Shown here piece by piece: positions 9,364 through 18,289 of a stretch of DNA of 64,000 bases (the stretch's first letter is position 1; each line of letters begins with the position of its first letter). The stretch covers positions 156,732 to 220,731 of the forward strand of contig JADFZZ010000003.1 of the NCBI GenBank assembly GCA_015232315.1, written 5' to 3'. A model generated the notes under the pieces. The model was not told the DNA's origin, searched no databases, and saw nothing but the letters and a program-made list of their open reading frames with translations. The position numbers and the translations under genes are program-made. The stretch is from SAR324 cluster bacterium (GTDB lineage: Bacteria > SAR324 > NAC60-12).

Positions 9364-9986
9364 AACAACAACAGATTGACCAGCTATTCATAAAACTGAG
9401 CGAAGCCATTCCAGATCCGACCACGGAATTGGTTCATAACAATCATTTTGAATTGCTGGTCGCTGTCATGTTGAGTGCCCAGGCAACAGACAAGTCCGTC
9501 AATCAGGTCACGCCAGCGCTCTTTGCGAGTTTTCCAACACCGGCTTTGATGGCAGAGGCAGGCGAACACGCCCTTCTGGAAAAAATAAAAACCATTGGAT
9601 TGGCAAAAACCAAGGCCCGAAATATTATAAAAACCTGCCGGATTCTTGTAGAAAAACATCAGGGAGAAGTGCCGGCAGACCGTGACGCCTTGGAAGCCCT
9701 TCCCGGTGTGGGTCGAAAAACAGCCAACGTGATTCTGAACACAGCGTTTCATGTACCAGTGATCGCGGTGGACACCCATGTTTTCAGGGTCTCAAACCGA
9801 ACCGGACTGGCCCCCGGAAAAACGCCGCTGGAGGTAGAAGAAAACCTGATGAAGTTTGTTCCCGAACGCTGGAAACAAGATGCCCACCATTACCTGATCC
9901 TTCACGGACGTTATGTCTGCAAAGCCAGAAATCCCACATGTGACACCTGCGCTGTTTCGCTGGAATGTGAACATCATGAGATTTGA
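9360..9986 (+). CDS. nth: Endonuclease III
   Basis: HhH-GPD motif LPGVGRKTANVIL and a C-terminal 4Fe-4S cluster loop C-x6-C-x2-C-x5-C (CKARNPTCDTCAVSLEC). Start overlaps the aspartate kinase stop. Confidence 0.92.
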   Translation: MKQQQIDQLFIKLSEAIPDPTTELVHNNHFELLVAVMLSAQATDKSVNQVTPALFASFPTPALMAEAGEHALLEKIKTIGLAKTKARNIIKTCRILVEKHQGEVPADRDALEALPGVGRKTANVILNTAFHVPVIAVDTHVFRVSNRTGLAPGKTPLEVEENLMKFVPERWKQDAHHYLILHGRYVCKARNPTCDTCAVSLECEHHEI

Positions 9987-10432
9987 TCGAAGGGGATGAA
10001 CTGTATACTAAAATTGGAAAAAACACGCTCCCCGTGGAATCTCTGGGTTGGACGTTGGTCCTGAGGGAACGATCTTCGCACTTTTTGTGGGCCCTGGAAT
10101 GTGGCCGCAAAGATCGGAAACTATTCAAGAAAGCAAAGAAAAAACTCAAACAAATGATCCGAAAAACAGGAGATTTGTCCCTGTTAACGGACGGAGAGCG
10201 ACGTTGTGGCAATTTACTGTTTGAAATCTGTAACCAGAGCATCCTCAGACCCAACAGAACCTGGATTCCCAGCAAATTCATGCCAATCATGTCGAAGCGT
10301 TCAATGCTTCCCTCCGAAGACGCTGTGCCGGATATCGCGGAAAACTGTCTACTCATTCTTGATACAAGGATCATCAAAACAAGTGTAGACCTCAACAGTC
10401 AGATGGGACAAATTTTTCATGTGACTCAATAG
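9983..10432 (+). pseudogene. DDE transposase fragment (IS1-like), lacking N- and C-terminal parts
   Basis: GDELYTKIGKN...GWTLVLRERSSHFLWALECGRKDRKLFKKA...LLTDGERRCGNLL resembles the DE..(Y/W)..(I/V)GKK / ...TD... core of IS1-type InsB proteins. It begins directly at the nth stop, and its 3' end is overlapped by the convergent CDF gene. Confidence 0.4.
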
Positions 10433-11338
10433 TGATTTATAATACTCAGGCTGTTTGGGAAAATGGGTGACAAGCGAGATGATCGATCCGCAGTGTTCAG
10501 GCCCTACTTTCCATAAATGCAGATCAGAAATCCGGTTATCCGAGTCCGCCTCAATTGTCTTTTTTATTTCAATTTTTTGACCTTCTTCCATAGTGCTGTC
10601 CAACAGGATGGGGCTTGTTTCTTTCAACAATCCAACAGCCCAAACGGTGATAACGCCGGCACCGGCGATTCCGATGACGGGATCCAGCCAGTTCCAGCCA
10701 AGGTATTTTGCGAACAACAGAGCGATCATCGCCAGCAGGGAGGTCATCATATCCGCAAGCACATGGAGGTATGCGGCCTTGAGATTGTGGTCGTGGTGGT
10801 CATGGTCATCGTCATCGTCATGGTGGTGGGCATCATGATCGTGGTGGTGGTGGTGCCCGTGTTCATGATGGCCATGGTGTCCCCGCAACAGAAAGGCGCT
10901 GAAGAGATTGATCAACAGACCAAAAAAAGCGACTCCGATGGCTTCATTGAAATGGATCTCCTGAGGCGTGAATAGACGTTGCACCGATTCGATTGCCATG
11001 ATCAGGGCGACAACTGCCAGGGCGACAGCGCTGGCAAATCCGCCAAGGACGCTGACTTTTCCGCTTCCAAAAGTAAATTGGGGATTTTGAGCGTTCCTGG
11101 CCGCATATTGATAGGCGAAGATGGTGATCGAAAACGCGGCCGCATGGGTGCCCATATGCCACCCATCTGCCAACAGTGCCATGGAGCCAAAAGCGATACC
11201 GGCGGTGATTTCAAGAACCATGGTCGTGGCGGTCAGGAACAGAACCTGTTTCGTTCTTTTTTCTCCCTGTTCCTGGATGGATGCAAAATCATGGGAGTGC
11301 TGCCATTTTTCAAGCGTTTGAGTGTGCATTTTTCTCAT
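10349..11338 (-). CDS. Cation diffusion facilitator, CzcD/ZitB-like, with a long His/Asp-rich cytoplasmic loop
   Basis: 329 aa, six TM segments, HSHDF N-terminus, loop HHGHHEHGHHHHHDHDAHHHDDDDDHDHHDHN, and a C-terminal CDF domain. An alternative start exists at 11329. Confidence 0.88.
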   Translation of the reverse strand: MRKMHTQTLEKWQHSHDFASIQEQGEKRTKQVLFLTATTMVLEITAGIAFGSMALLADGWHMGTHAAAFSITIFAYQYAARNAQNPQFTFGSGKVSVLGGFASAVALAVVALIMAIESVQRLFTPQEIHFNEAIGVAFFGLLINLFSAFLLRGHHGHHEHGHHHHHDHDAHHHDDDDDHDHHDHNLKAAYLHVLADMMTSLLAMIALLFAKYLGWNWLDPVIGIAGAGVITVWAVGLLKETSPILLDSTMEEGQKIEIKKTIEADSDNRISDLHLWKVGPEHCGSIISLVTHFPKQPEYYKSLLSHMKNLSHLTVEVYTCFDDPCIKNE

Positions 11339-11366
11339 CCTTCAACAGGGGTTCATCAATGAAAAA

Positions 11367-12035
11367 TTATCCAATTTTCCAGACAAAGATATTTTTGACA
11401 ATTTCTTCGTCCAGCGCCAGTTCCATTTGTTCAAACTTGATACAGAAAGCGGGTTTTTTACGATGCATCGCGACCACCACACCCGGCATGAGTCCAAAAG
11501 ACATCAACTGGTGCCAATTCGAGTGACTTCCGGGTTTGATGTAGGTAATTTTCCCTTGCTCACCTGGCTCAAGTTCATTCAACGGTGTCACGGTTTTATT
11601 GACAGTCCGATGACCATTTTTACAGCAGGGGCCTTGGGGGATCGGCCTTCCATCAGGGCAAACTTCGGGATGTCCCAGCAGGGTACAAATGGATTCTTCG
11701 ACTTCAGGAAGCAGACTGTGTTCAACCTGGCATGCGATTCTTTCCATTTCCGTTTTTTTCAGTTTCAGGATGCTGGTAACCAGCACTTCCGCCAGCCGGT
11801 GCCGTCGGATAATGGCCTCCGCGTGTTCTTTTCCCTTGCTCGAAAAAACCACCTTGTCGGTCGTCTTCACAATCATGCCTTGTTGTTCTAAGGCTAACAG
11901 ATCCTCAGCAATGATGTCTGTGGAACATTTTTTTTGAATGTCGGTTAAAGAATATTTTTTATTTTCTCCCGCACACCAAATGGCTTCCAGGACTTCTTCC
12001 TGTCGCTCATTGATTCTCAATTGCATCTCAGTCAT
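11367..12035 (-). CDS. DtxR-family metal-dependent regulator fused to a FeoA domain
   Basis: N-terminal winged HTH and RRHRLAEVLV (DtxR hallmark). C-terminal FeoA/SH3-like LEPGEQGKITYIKPG...LMSFGLMPGVVVAM. ATG 12035 is preceded by AGGAG. The track ORF start at 12083 would overlap feoB. Confidence 0.8.
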   Translation of the reverse strand: MTEMQLRINERQEEVLEAIWCAGENKKYSLTDIQKKCSTDIIAEDLLALEQQGMIVKTTDKVVFSSKGKEHAEAIIRRHRLAEVLVTSILKLKKTEMERIACQVEHSLLPEVEESICTLLGHPEVCPDGRPIPQGPCCKNGHRTVNKTVTPLNELEPGEQGKITYIKPGSHSNWHQLMSFGLMPGVVVAMHRKKPAFCIKFEQMELALDEEIVKNIFVWKIG

Positions 12036-12052
12036 TAAGAAACTCCTTTTTT

Positions 12053-14053
12053 TTAGACAAACGTTACGCCCAGCCAACGGCAAACATGATTCACGATACT
12101 ACACAGGATAATGGCATACGCCACGACAGCAATCATAATCGTAGAGGCGGCGCGGTTACCTCTTTCCTTGAACAGAACAATGATCGCGTTGATGCAAGGA
12201 GCCAGAAAAATCATCAGTAACAGATTCACAACCAACTGAAGGTTGGTATAAAGTCCTCGCAGGTGTTCAAGCTCAGCGGCACCACTTTCTCTACGAATCA
12301 TTGTTTTGATAAAAACCTGGATACTTTGCTCAGGCAACCCCAAAGCACTGTCGATCATTGGCCCAAAGGCTGTCTCAACAAATCTCAATCCCCCAAATCG
12401 CTGAAACAGAAAAACAACAATCGCGGCAAATATGAAAACCGGGACGGCTTCTTTCATGAAAAAATAAGTTTTGATGGCTGACATCTTGACTACATCCATC
12501 AATTTGGGAACACGCATGGTTGGTATTTCAAACACCATGGAACTGCTGCCGCCAACCATGATTTTATTGGCCACCATCCCCGCGAAAATCAGTTGTGAAA
12601 AAATGAAGAAAAACACTGTAATTGTCGCTGAGACCGGCAGGCTGTCCAGAATAATAAACATCACCGCGATCAATGGGGCACAGGGCATACAGAGAAAAAG
12701 TAAAAAAGAAGCAATGTTCTTTTCTTTATCGGTATTCAGGACTCGGGTTGTCAGGATTGCCATGGTGACACAGGAAAAACCCATGGTTAATGGAATGACG
12801 CCCTTACCGTTGAGTCCCATTTTTCTGAAAATGCGATCCAGCAAAATGGCAATACGAGGTAAATATCCGGAATCTTCCAAAATCCCGAAGGCGATGTAAA
12901 AGCAGAATATGACGGGCAATACCAACCCTAACGCCAGAAAAACCCCTGTGGGCAACACGCCAAAATCCGGGTCAACCAGCATATCTCTGAAAAATTCACT
13001 GGGAAGGTAAGAAACAAGTTGTGTTGTCCAGGGGATCAGGAATCCATCAAACAGGGTGCCATTGATGGTATCCACCAGAAACGTCGCGCCAAACGCCCCC
13101 ACAAAATAATACATCAGGGTCACCACCCCAAACGCAATGGGAATACCAGTGCTGAGCTGGGTACACCAGTCACCAAAGCGTAAAACCAAGGGATTTTCTG
13201 AAGGGGGTTCTTTGGTTTGCACCTCTTCAGCAAGTTTTGTTGCTTCTTTGTTGTAAAGGTTACTGAGGGGAATTTCAAAGGTGGTTGGGGATTCTTGCCG
13301 GTATTCTTCAGCCAACTGTTGTAACTGTAGTAGCATTCCGGATCCGTATTTTCGTTCAACATAGGTTTCAATCCCGATGTCTCCTGACAGCAGAAGCAGG
13401 CCAATCGCACGGGATGACAGTTGTTGCGGCGATAGCAGTTTTTCTACCAACTCCAGGTACTGTTCAACCTTATCGGAATAGTGGAGTAAAGCCTTCGGTT
13501 TTCTGGCGTGTCCTAATCCTGCGACTAATTCCGGAACTCCGATGCCTTCCCGGGCAATGGTGGTGAAAACAGGTATCCCTAATTTTTCTGAAAGTTTGTG
13601 ATAATTGATCGAAATGCCTCTCGAGGGTGCTTCATCCACCATGTTCACTACAAACACCATCGGCAGACCATACTCCGCATACTGTAATGTGAGGGCCAGT
13701 GATTGTTTCAATTTTTTAGCGTCTGCTAACAATATGATGCAAGGCTGATGGTCTTCAATTCCAGGCATTAAGAACACATCTCGTGAGGCGCGTTCATCTT
13801 CATTTTGCGAAAAAAGAGAATAAATGCCCGGCGTGTCATAAATGGAACTGTCCAGACCTTTTATCTGCCCCCTCGACACTGAAACGGTTGTTCCGGGAAT
13901 GTTAACACTCAAATTCTGAGAACCAGACAGTCTGGAAAACAAGGTTGATTTACCAACATTCATGTTTCCAATGATGACCGCGTTAGACGCAGCCAGGGTC
14001 GACGTTTCGCAGGCATCGTGTTGATCAGAATGGCATTTTTTACATTTAGTCAT
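12053..14053 (-). CDS. feoB: Ferrous iron transporter FeoB
   Basis: 666 aa. G-domain GNMNVGKSTLFSRLSG followed by a polytopic membrane domain. It carries an unusual Cys/His-rich N-terminal extension, MTKCKKCHSDQHDAC. Confidence 0.92.
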   Translation of the reverse strand: MTKCKKCHSDQHDACETSTLAASNAVIIGNMNVGKSTLFSRLSGSQNLSVNIPGTTVSVSRGQIKGLDSSIYDTPGIYSLFSQNEDERASRDVFLMPGIEDHQPCIILLADAKKLKQSLALTLQYAEYGLPMVFVVNMVDEAPSRGISINYHKLSEKLGIPVFTTIAREGIGVPELVAGLGHARKPKALLHYSDKVEQYLELVEKLLSPQQLSSRAIGLLLLSGDIGIETYVERKYGSGMLLQLQQLAEEYRQESPTTFEIPLSNLYNKEATKLAEEVQTKEPPSENPLVLRFGDWCTQLSTGIPIAFGVVTLMYYFVGAFGATFLVDTINGTLFDGFLIPWTTQLVSYLPSEFFRDMLVDPDFGVLPTGVFLALGLVLPVIFCFYIAFGILEDSGYLPRIAILLDRIFRKMGLNGKGVIPLTMGFSCVTMAILTTRVLNTDKEKNIASFLLFLCMPCAPLIAVMFIILDSLPVSATITVFFFIFSQLIFAGMVANKIMVGGSSSMVFEIPTMRVPKLMDVVKMSAIKTYFFMKEAVPVFIFAAIVVFLFQRFGGLRFVETAFGPMIDSALGLPEQSIQVFIKTMIRRESGAAELEHLRGLYTNLQLVVNLLLMIFLAPCINAIIVLFKERGNRAASTIMIAVVAYAIILCSIVNHVCRWLGVTFV

Positions 14054-14322
14054 AAATCACAAACTCAGGGGTTCAACGGATTGACTGGCTTGCGGAAACG
14101 TGTGTTCGCCAGAACTTTACAGGTGATACGTTCAACGTTCCAAAGCACAAATTATCTTGCTATTGTGTAGGGGAAAACTAATGCTCACCAATAGCAAATT
14201 GGTCATTTCGTATATGGTTAATATTGTGCAAAGTCAATTGGTTAAATTGAGAAATTTGAGAATTGCCAGAGCTTTGGTAATTTGTTTTTTGGACAACATG
14301 ACACTTCAATAAAAGGAACATT

Positions 14323-14946
14323 ATGGGCGATTGTTGCAGTAACGCGGGATGCGAAATTGAAAAACTCAGAGAGCGGCAATATGGAACTTTAAAATGGGTA
14401 TTGATCATCAACGCAACCATGTTTCTGGTGGAAATGACCGCGGGAATCATGGCTCATTCGACAGCCCTCCTTGCCGATTCATTGGACATGTTGGGTGATG
14501 CCATTACCTATGGTTTCAGCTTGTATGTGGTCAACCGATCAATGCTGTGGAAAGCAAAAGCCTCGCTATTGAAAGGCGGGATCATGGCCAGCTTCGGAGT
14601 GTTTGTGTTGGGAGAAGCCGTCTACAAGATTTTGTATCCAACCGTTCCAACCTATGAAACCGTTGGTGCGATTGGTCTTCTAGCTCTGGTCGCAAATGCT
14701 TATTGTCTGTTCCTTTTGTGGCAACATAGATCTGAAGACATCAACATGCGTTCTGTTTGGCTTTGCTCCCGAAATGATATCATTGCCAATGTATCAGTTT
14801 TAGCTTCCGGGGTGGGTGTTTGGCTGACTCACGAACAGTGGCCCGATATTGTTGTGGGGCTTGGAATTGCGACCCTCTTTTTACAAACTTCGTTTCATGT
14901 CATTAAAGAAGCCCTGGCTGTAGTCCCCGAAAGCCAAAATGCATGA
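14323..14946 (+). CDS. Short cation diffusion facilitator (transmembrane domain only)
   Basis: 207 aa. TM2 motif LLADSLDMLGD. Six TM segments, and the protein ends right after TM6 with no cytoplasmic CTD. Cys-rich N-terminus MGDCCSNAGCE. Confidence 0.75.
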   Translation: MGDCCSNAGCEIEKLRERQYGTLKWVLIINATMFLVEMTAGIMAHSTALLADSLDMLGDAITYGFSLYVVNRSMLWKAKASLLKGGIMASFGVFVLGEAVYKILYPTVPTYETVGAIGLLALVANAYCLFLLWQHRSEDINMRSVWLCSRNDIIANVSVLASGVGVWLTHEQWPDIVVGLGIATLFLQTSFHVIKEALAVVPESQNA

Positions 14947-15281
14947 TGTTTTATTTGGACTATAAATATAAAAATTACCTCTTGAAAAGTAATTTAATTC
15001 GTATATAAGAAGATTATTCACTTCATAAGGTAATTTTTTATTAACAGGAGACGACACATCTCCAAATGAAACAACTTGAAAGGCAGGGGTTTATGATTTC
15101 GGAAATAATAATTGTTATTGCGACAATCTATTTTGGATACATTTTTTTCACAAAAGTGTCTCAGTTCTTCAGCAAGGTATTTCGGGTTGTGACATTGATT
15201 TATTTGGAAGATAAAATCCGGGCCATTAATGAAAGGGGCGCCTCTGCTTAAAAATCCAGAGGCCTGAGGCGATGATGGGTT

Positions 15282-15716
15282 TTATACGAAATGAACATGT
15301 CCTTTGGCCTCCAAATCCCTGAGGACCGTTTGGCAAAACCCTTGTTTTCCTCTGATAAGAAAGGTTTTACGCTCTCCTTTTTCATGTGTAAACAAGCCCC
15401 ACAACAGTTCAACTTTTTTATAATCGGGGCTGGTCCACTCAATTTTGAATTCTTCATCGACCTGAGTCATCTTTTTAAGGGAGAAACCTAAGGAAGAGAC
15501 TGGAATCTGCTTACGTTTCCGCTTAAAGGTTTCTTCTGTGATGACGATTGGTTTTGCTTGTTCAAGCTCATTTGTTTTATGCGTTTTTTGTGTAATGACA
15601 ATTGGCACAGTTTCAATTTTTTCCTGCCGCTGAGCGTTTTTCCCCACTGTAGAAACAGCAATCAGTTTTCTATTCATTTTTGAATTTTCCGGCAATTTTT
15701 TGAATTTTTTATGCAT
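15282..15716 (-). CDS. Hypothetical protein, translationally coupled to mamK copy 1
   Basis: ATG 15716 follows GGAGGAG with a 5-nt spacer and overlaps the mamK-1 stop (ATGCATAA). 144 aa with a Lys-rich N-half. The C-half reads FSLKKMTQVDEEFKIEWTSPDYKKVELLWGLF.... No family recognised. Confidence 0.6.
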   Translation of the reverse strand: MHKKFKKLPENSKMNRKLIAVSTVGKNAQRQEKIETVPIVITQKTHKTNELEQAKPIVITEETFKRKRKQIPVSSLGFSLKKMTQVDEEFKIEWTSPDYKKVELLWGLFTHEKGERKTFLIRGKQGFCQTVLRDLEAKGHVHFV

Positions 15717-17241
15717 TAACTCCTCCTTCAATGACTTCGCCTAATTCATTCCAGTTTTCAACTGGAACCTCCATCGCAATTTTCAAAGCTCCATGACATC
15801 CCGCAAAATCAGGATCTTCAACACCTGTCACATAGACCGACCCATAATCCCTCAGATGTTCCTGCAAAACTTTATCCAGCCCTTTTATCCTGGAACAACG
15901 TCCTGAAAGATAGATGTTATTCAAGGTATCATCCTGATCTTCCGGATCAATCCGTTGTAGCAGTGTTTCCATACAATCCAGGATCGGTTCGATCAAGGTT
16001 TCACAGGCTGTTCTGATTTCTCTGGTAAGGTCAAACTGTTGAGGTTTCCCCGCTACCCTTAACGTCACAATCACCGATTTTTCGGGTTTACCGACAAAGG
16101 CATGCTGCTCTTTGATCGATTGTACCTGTTTTTTTGAAATTTGAACTTCGGGAAAGTGTTCTGAAATCAATTTTTTTAATATGTGATCAATATAATCCCC
16201 TCCCTGGGCAATCGTTAATTGCTCCTCGTCTTCAGGAATTTTTCCTGTCAAAACACAGATATCCGTCGTGCCGGCACCAATATCGATCACAATCGCATGA
16301 TTCAATTTCCCTAATCCATAGGCCACCATGAATGGCTCAGAAACAACAAGTGTTGTCCCTGCCAAATCCCGGGCCAGTTTGAGGAGATCTTCCTTGTGGT
16401 TGAATGATGTTCTTGCGGGGACACCAATGACAAGGGAAATGTCGTCGTGTTCCCCGGGTTGTGCCAGCTTCACCGCATGCTCAAGAATTAATCTGGCAGA
16501 ATCCATTTCTGTTGCTTTGATCACACCAGCTTCCAGTGGATAATGGATATCAAGCGATGATTGTTTCGAAAGAGCCTCTTCGCCAATCGCTTTTGTTCCA
16601 TTCAACAACTGAGCTCCAATAAGATCCTTCGGATAACCCACGACTGAAGGAAACATGGCTTTTGCGCCTCTATTGGATTGAACCGCGGTTTTTGATGTAC
16701 CCAGTTCAATGCCGATTCTCAGTTGATTGCTTGAATCTTTATTCATCGCGGAACCCCCAGGTTGTTTTGAATCAGTGGTCATTATTTTTTTAGCGGCCTG
16801 GATGTTTTGTGCCAGTTCCTCAACTTTACGGAGCAAGCTCCCGTGTGAGGGTTTTTGCGGTGCGGCTGGTGATTCAACGGATGATTTCGTTGATTCTTTT
16901 TCATGAGTTGCTTCACGTTTCAGGGGCTCCTTTTTTGTTTTATTGTTGCCTGATTGAGCGTCTGCTTCTGTTGTGAGCGATTTTGGGCCTGTCTTGTCAT
17001 TCCTGGCCGTGGTTCCCAGTATGGCATTTTTCACCAGGGATACGGCAGAGGTTTTATCTTTTTTTTCAGGCTCATCCGCAGATGCGGATTCATCAATTTT
17101 TTCAGAGGCCTTAAACGTTTCCACAACATGTTCTTTGGCGGTTAGGGTTTCCTCAGTCTGATCATCAGCATCTGGTTGACCAGCAATCTTGTCAGGATTG
17201 CCTAATAACATCCCCATGATGTCTGGTGTGTTTTTACGCAT
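15709..17241 (-). CDS. mamK: Actin-like magnetosome filament protein MamK (copy 1) with a ~170-aa acidic/Lys-rich N-terminal extension
   Basis: The C-terminal ~337 aa are colinear with the copy at 31042-32067 and carry actin-fold motifs (LRIGIELGTSKT, VIDIGAGTTDI, IYLSGRCS). ATG 17241 overlaps the parA-like stop (ATGCGTAA). An internal alternative start lies at ATG 16746 (MNKDSSNQLRIG). Confidence 0.85.
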   Translation of the reverse strand: MRKNTPDIMGMLLGNPDKIAGQPDADDQTEETLTAKEHVVETFKASEKIDESASADEPEKKDKTSAVSLVKNAILGTTARNDKTGPKSLTTEADAQSGNNKTKKEPLKREATHEKESTKSSVESPAAPQKPSHGSLLRKVEELAQNIQAAKKIMTTDSKQPGGSAMNKDSSNQLRIGIELGTSKTAVQSNRGAKAMFPSVVGYPKDLIGAQLLNGTKAIGEEALSKQSSLDIHYPLEAGVIKATEMDSARLILEHAVKLAQPGEHDDISLVIGVPARTSFNHKEDLLKLARDLAGTTLVVSEPFMVAYGLGKLNHAIVIDIGAGTTDICVLTGKIPEDEEQLTIAQGGDYIDHILKKLISEHFPEVQISKKQVQSIKEQHAFVGKPEKSVIVTLRVAGKPQQFDLTREIRTACETLIEPILDCMETLLQRIDPEDQDDTLNNIYLSGRCSRIKGLDKVLQEHLRDYGSVYVTGVEDPDFAGCHGALKIAMEVPVENWNELGEVIEGGVNA

Positions 17242-17971
17242 AGACCCTCTCGGTAAGTTGTTCATAATCTATTGCGCCTTGAGATTGAGGAGCAAATTCA
17301 TAGATGGTTTGCGCATATCCCGGTGCTTCAGAGAGTCGAACATTGTAATGAATCGGATTACAAAGTCGATCAGGATAAAATTCTTCCAACTGTTTTAATA
17401 TTTCTACAGATTTTTTAACGCGTCCATCCAGAAAAGTAGGGACAATATAGCGTAATTTTAAGTTTTTATTGTATTTCTGAACAGCTTCCACACTCTTGAT
17501 AAAGCTTGAAAGGCCATGAATGGTCATGACTTCCAGTGAAATCGGGCACAGAATTTCTTCAGCATAAAACAGGACATTCAAGGTCACTGAATCCCACCCC
17601 GGTGAGGTATCGACCAATACAAAATCAAACTTTTTTTCAATGGATGTGAACGCTTCTGAAAGGGTGTATTCCCCCCCGAGGTCTGTTCTGTCAATCAAAC
17701 GTTTGATCCCGGCTATTTCACGTCCTCCCGCGATAATCCACAGATTTTCTCTGACTTGAATGGTTGCCTCATCCACGCCACAGTCCCCAGTGATCACATC
17801 TGACAGATTCACTTTAGGTTTCAAACCAAACATGAAAGACACCTGCCCCTGTGTATCAGTGTCCAACAGCAAGACCCTGGCCCCTTTTTTCGCAAGGCCG
17901 GCAGCGAGATTCACTGCCGTCGTGGTTTTTGCGACCCCCCCCTTACTCAATGATATGGCAATTTTTCTCAT
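17234..17971 (-). CDS. ParA/MinD-family P-loop ATPase
   Basis: Deviant Walker A SKGGVAKTT, then LLLDTDTQG and Walker B FVLVDTSPG. ATG 17971 follows GGAGA. The track ORF begins at TTG 18016. Confidence 0.85.
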   Translation of the reverse strand: MRKIAISLSKGGVAKTTTAVNLAAGLAKKGARVLLLDTDTQGQVSFMFGLKPKVNLSDVITGDCGVDEATIQVRENLWIIAGGREIAGIKRLIDRTDLGGEYTLSEAFTSIEKKFDFVLVDTSPGWDSVTLNVLFYAEEILCPISLEVMTIHGLSSFIKSVEAVQKYNKNLKLRYIVPTFLDGRVKKSVEILKQLEEFYPDRLCNPIHYNVRLSEAPGYAQTIYEFAPQSQGAIDYEQLTERVYA

Positions 17972-18204
17972 TCTTGATCTCCGAATAGGGTACTTCCTCC
18001 TTGATGTATCTACCAACTAGGTTCGTTTAACATGCTGCCACAAAGGATGCAAGCCCTCTGGAAAACAGGAATCAAAGGTGGAAACGGCCATCACATACTC
18101 ATAAGTTGGCTGAAGAATTTTAAACACAACCTTTATAGAACATTTCAGGGCAGTTAAAGACAAAAATCATGTCAATATACCCAATTTTTATTTTATTTTT
18201 TCCT

Positions 18205-18233
18205 TTGATATTCTCATTTAATCCGTGTAGTTT
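18205..18233 (+). promoter_or_regulatory. Candidate sigma70-type promoter for the mamI-1 operon
   Basis: TTGATA-17 nt-TAGTTT within the 270-bp AT-rich divergent intergenic region between the parA-like gene and mamI-1. Sequence pattern only. Confidence 0.25.
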
Positions 18234-18289
18234 GCCGCTGATCATCACTTTATCTCAGTGAAAACCTGTCTCCAGTCATCTTTTTTTGA

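Noticed and set aside
9784-10395. 203-aa minus-strand ORF spanning the nth 3' end and the transposase relic
   Set aside because: It overlaps a confidently identified nth gene in antisense. Its composition is atypical and no motif is present.
11322-11891. 189-aa plus-strand ORF opposite the DtxR-FeoA gene, and similar long antisense ORFs (35677-36192, 45637-46116, 30945-31460, 18625-19179)
   Set aside because: Each lies fully inside a motif-supported gene on the other strand. None has a recognisable motif or RBS.
14009-14053. CxxCH (CKKCH) at the FeoB N-terminus as a magnetochrome or haem c site
   Set aside because: It has no signal peptide or periplasmic context, and it lacks the P-H...C-x-x-C-H magnetochrome spacing. 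A cytoplasmic Cys/His metal knuckle is the more plausible reading.
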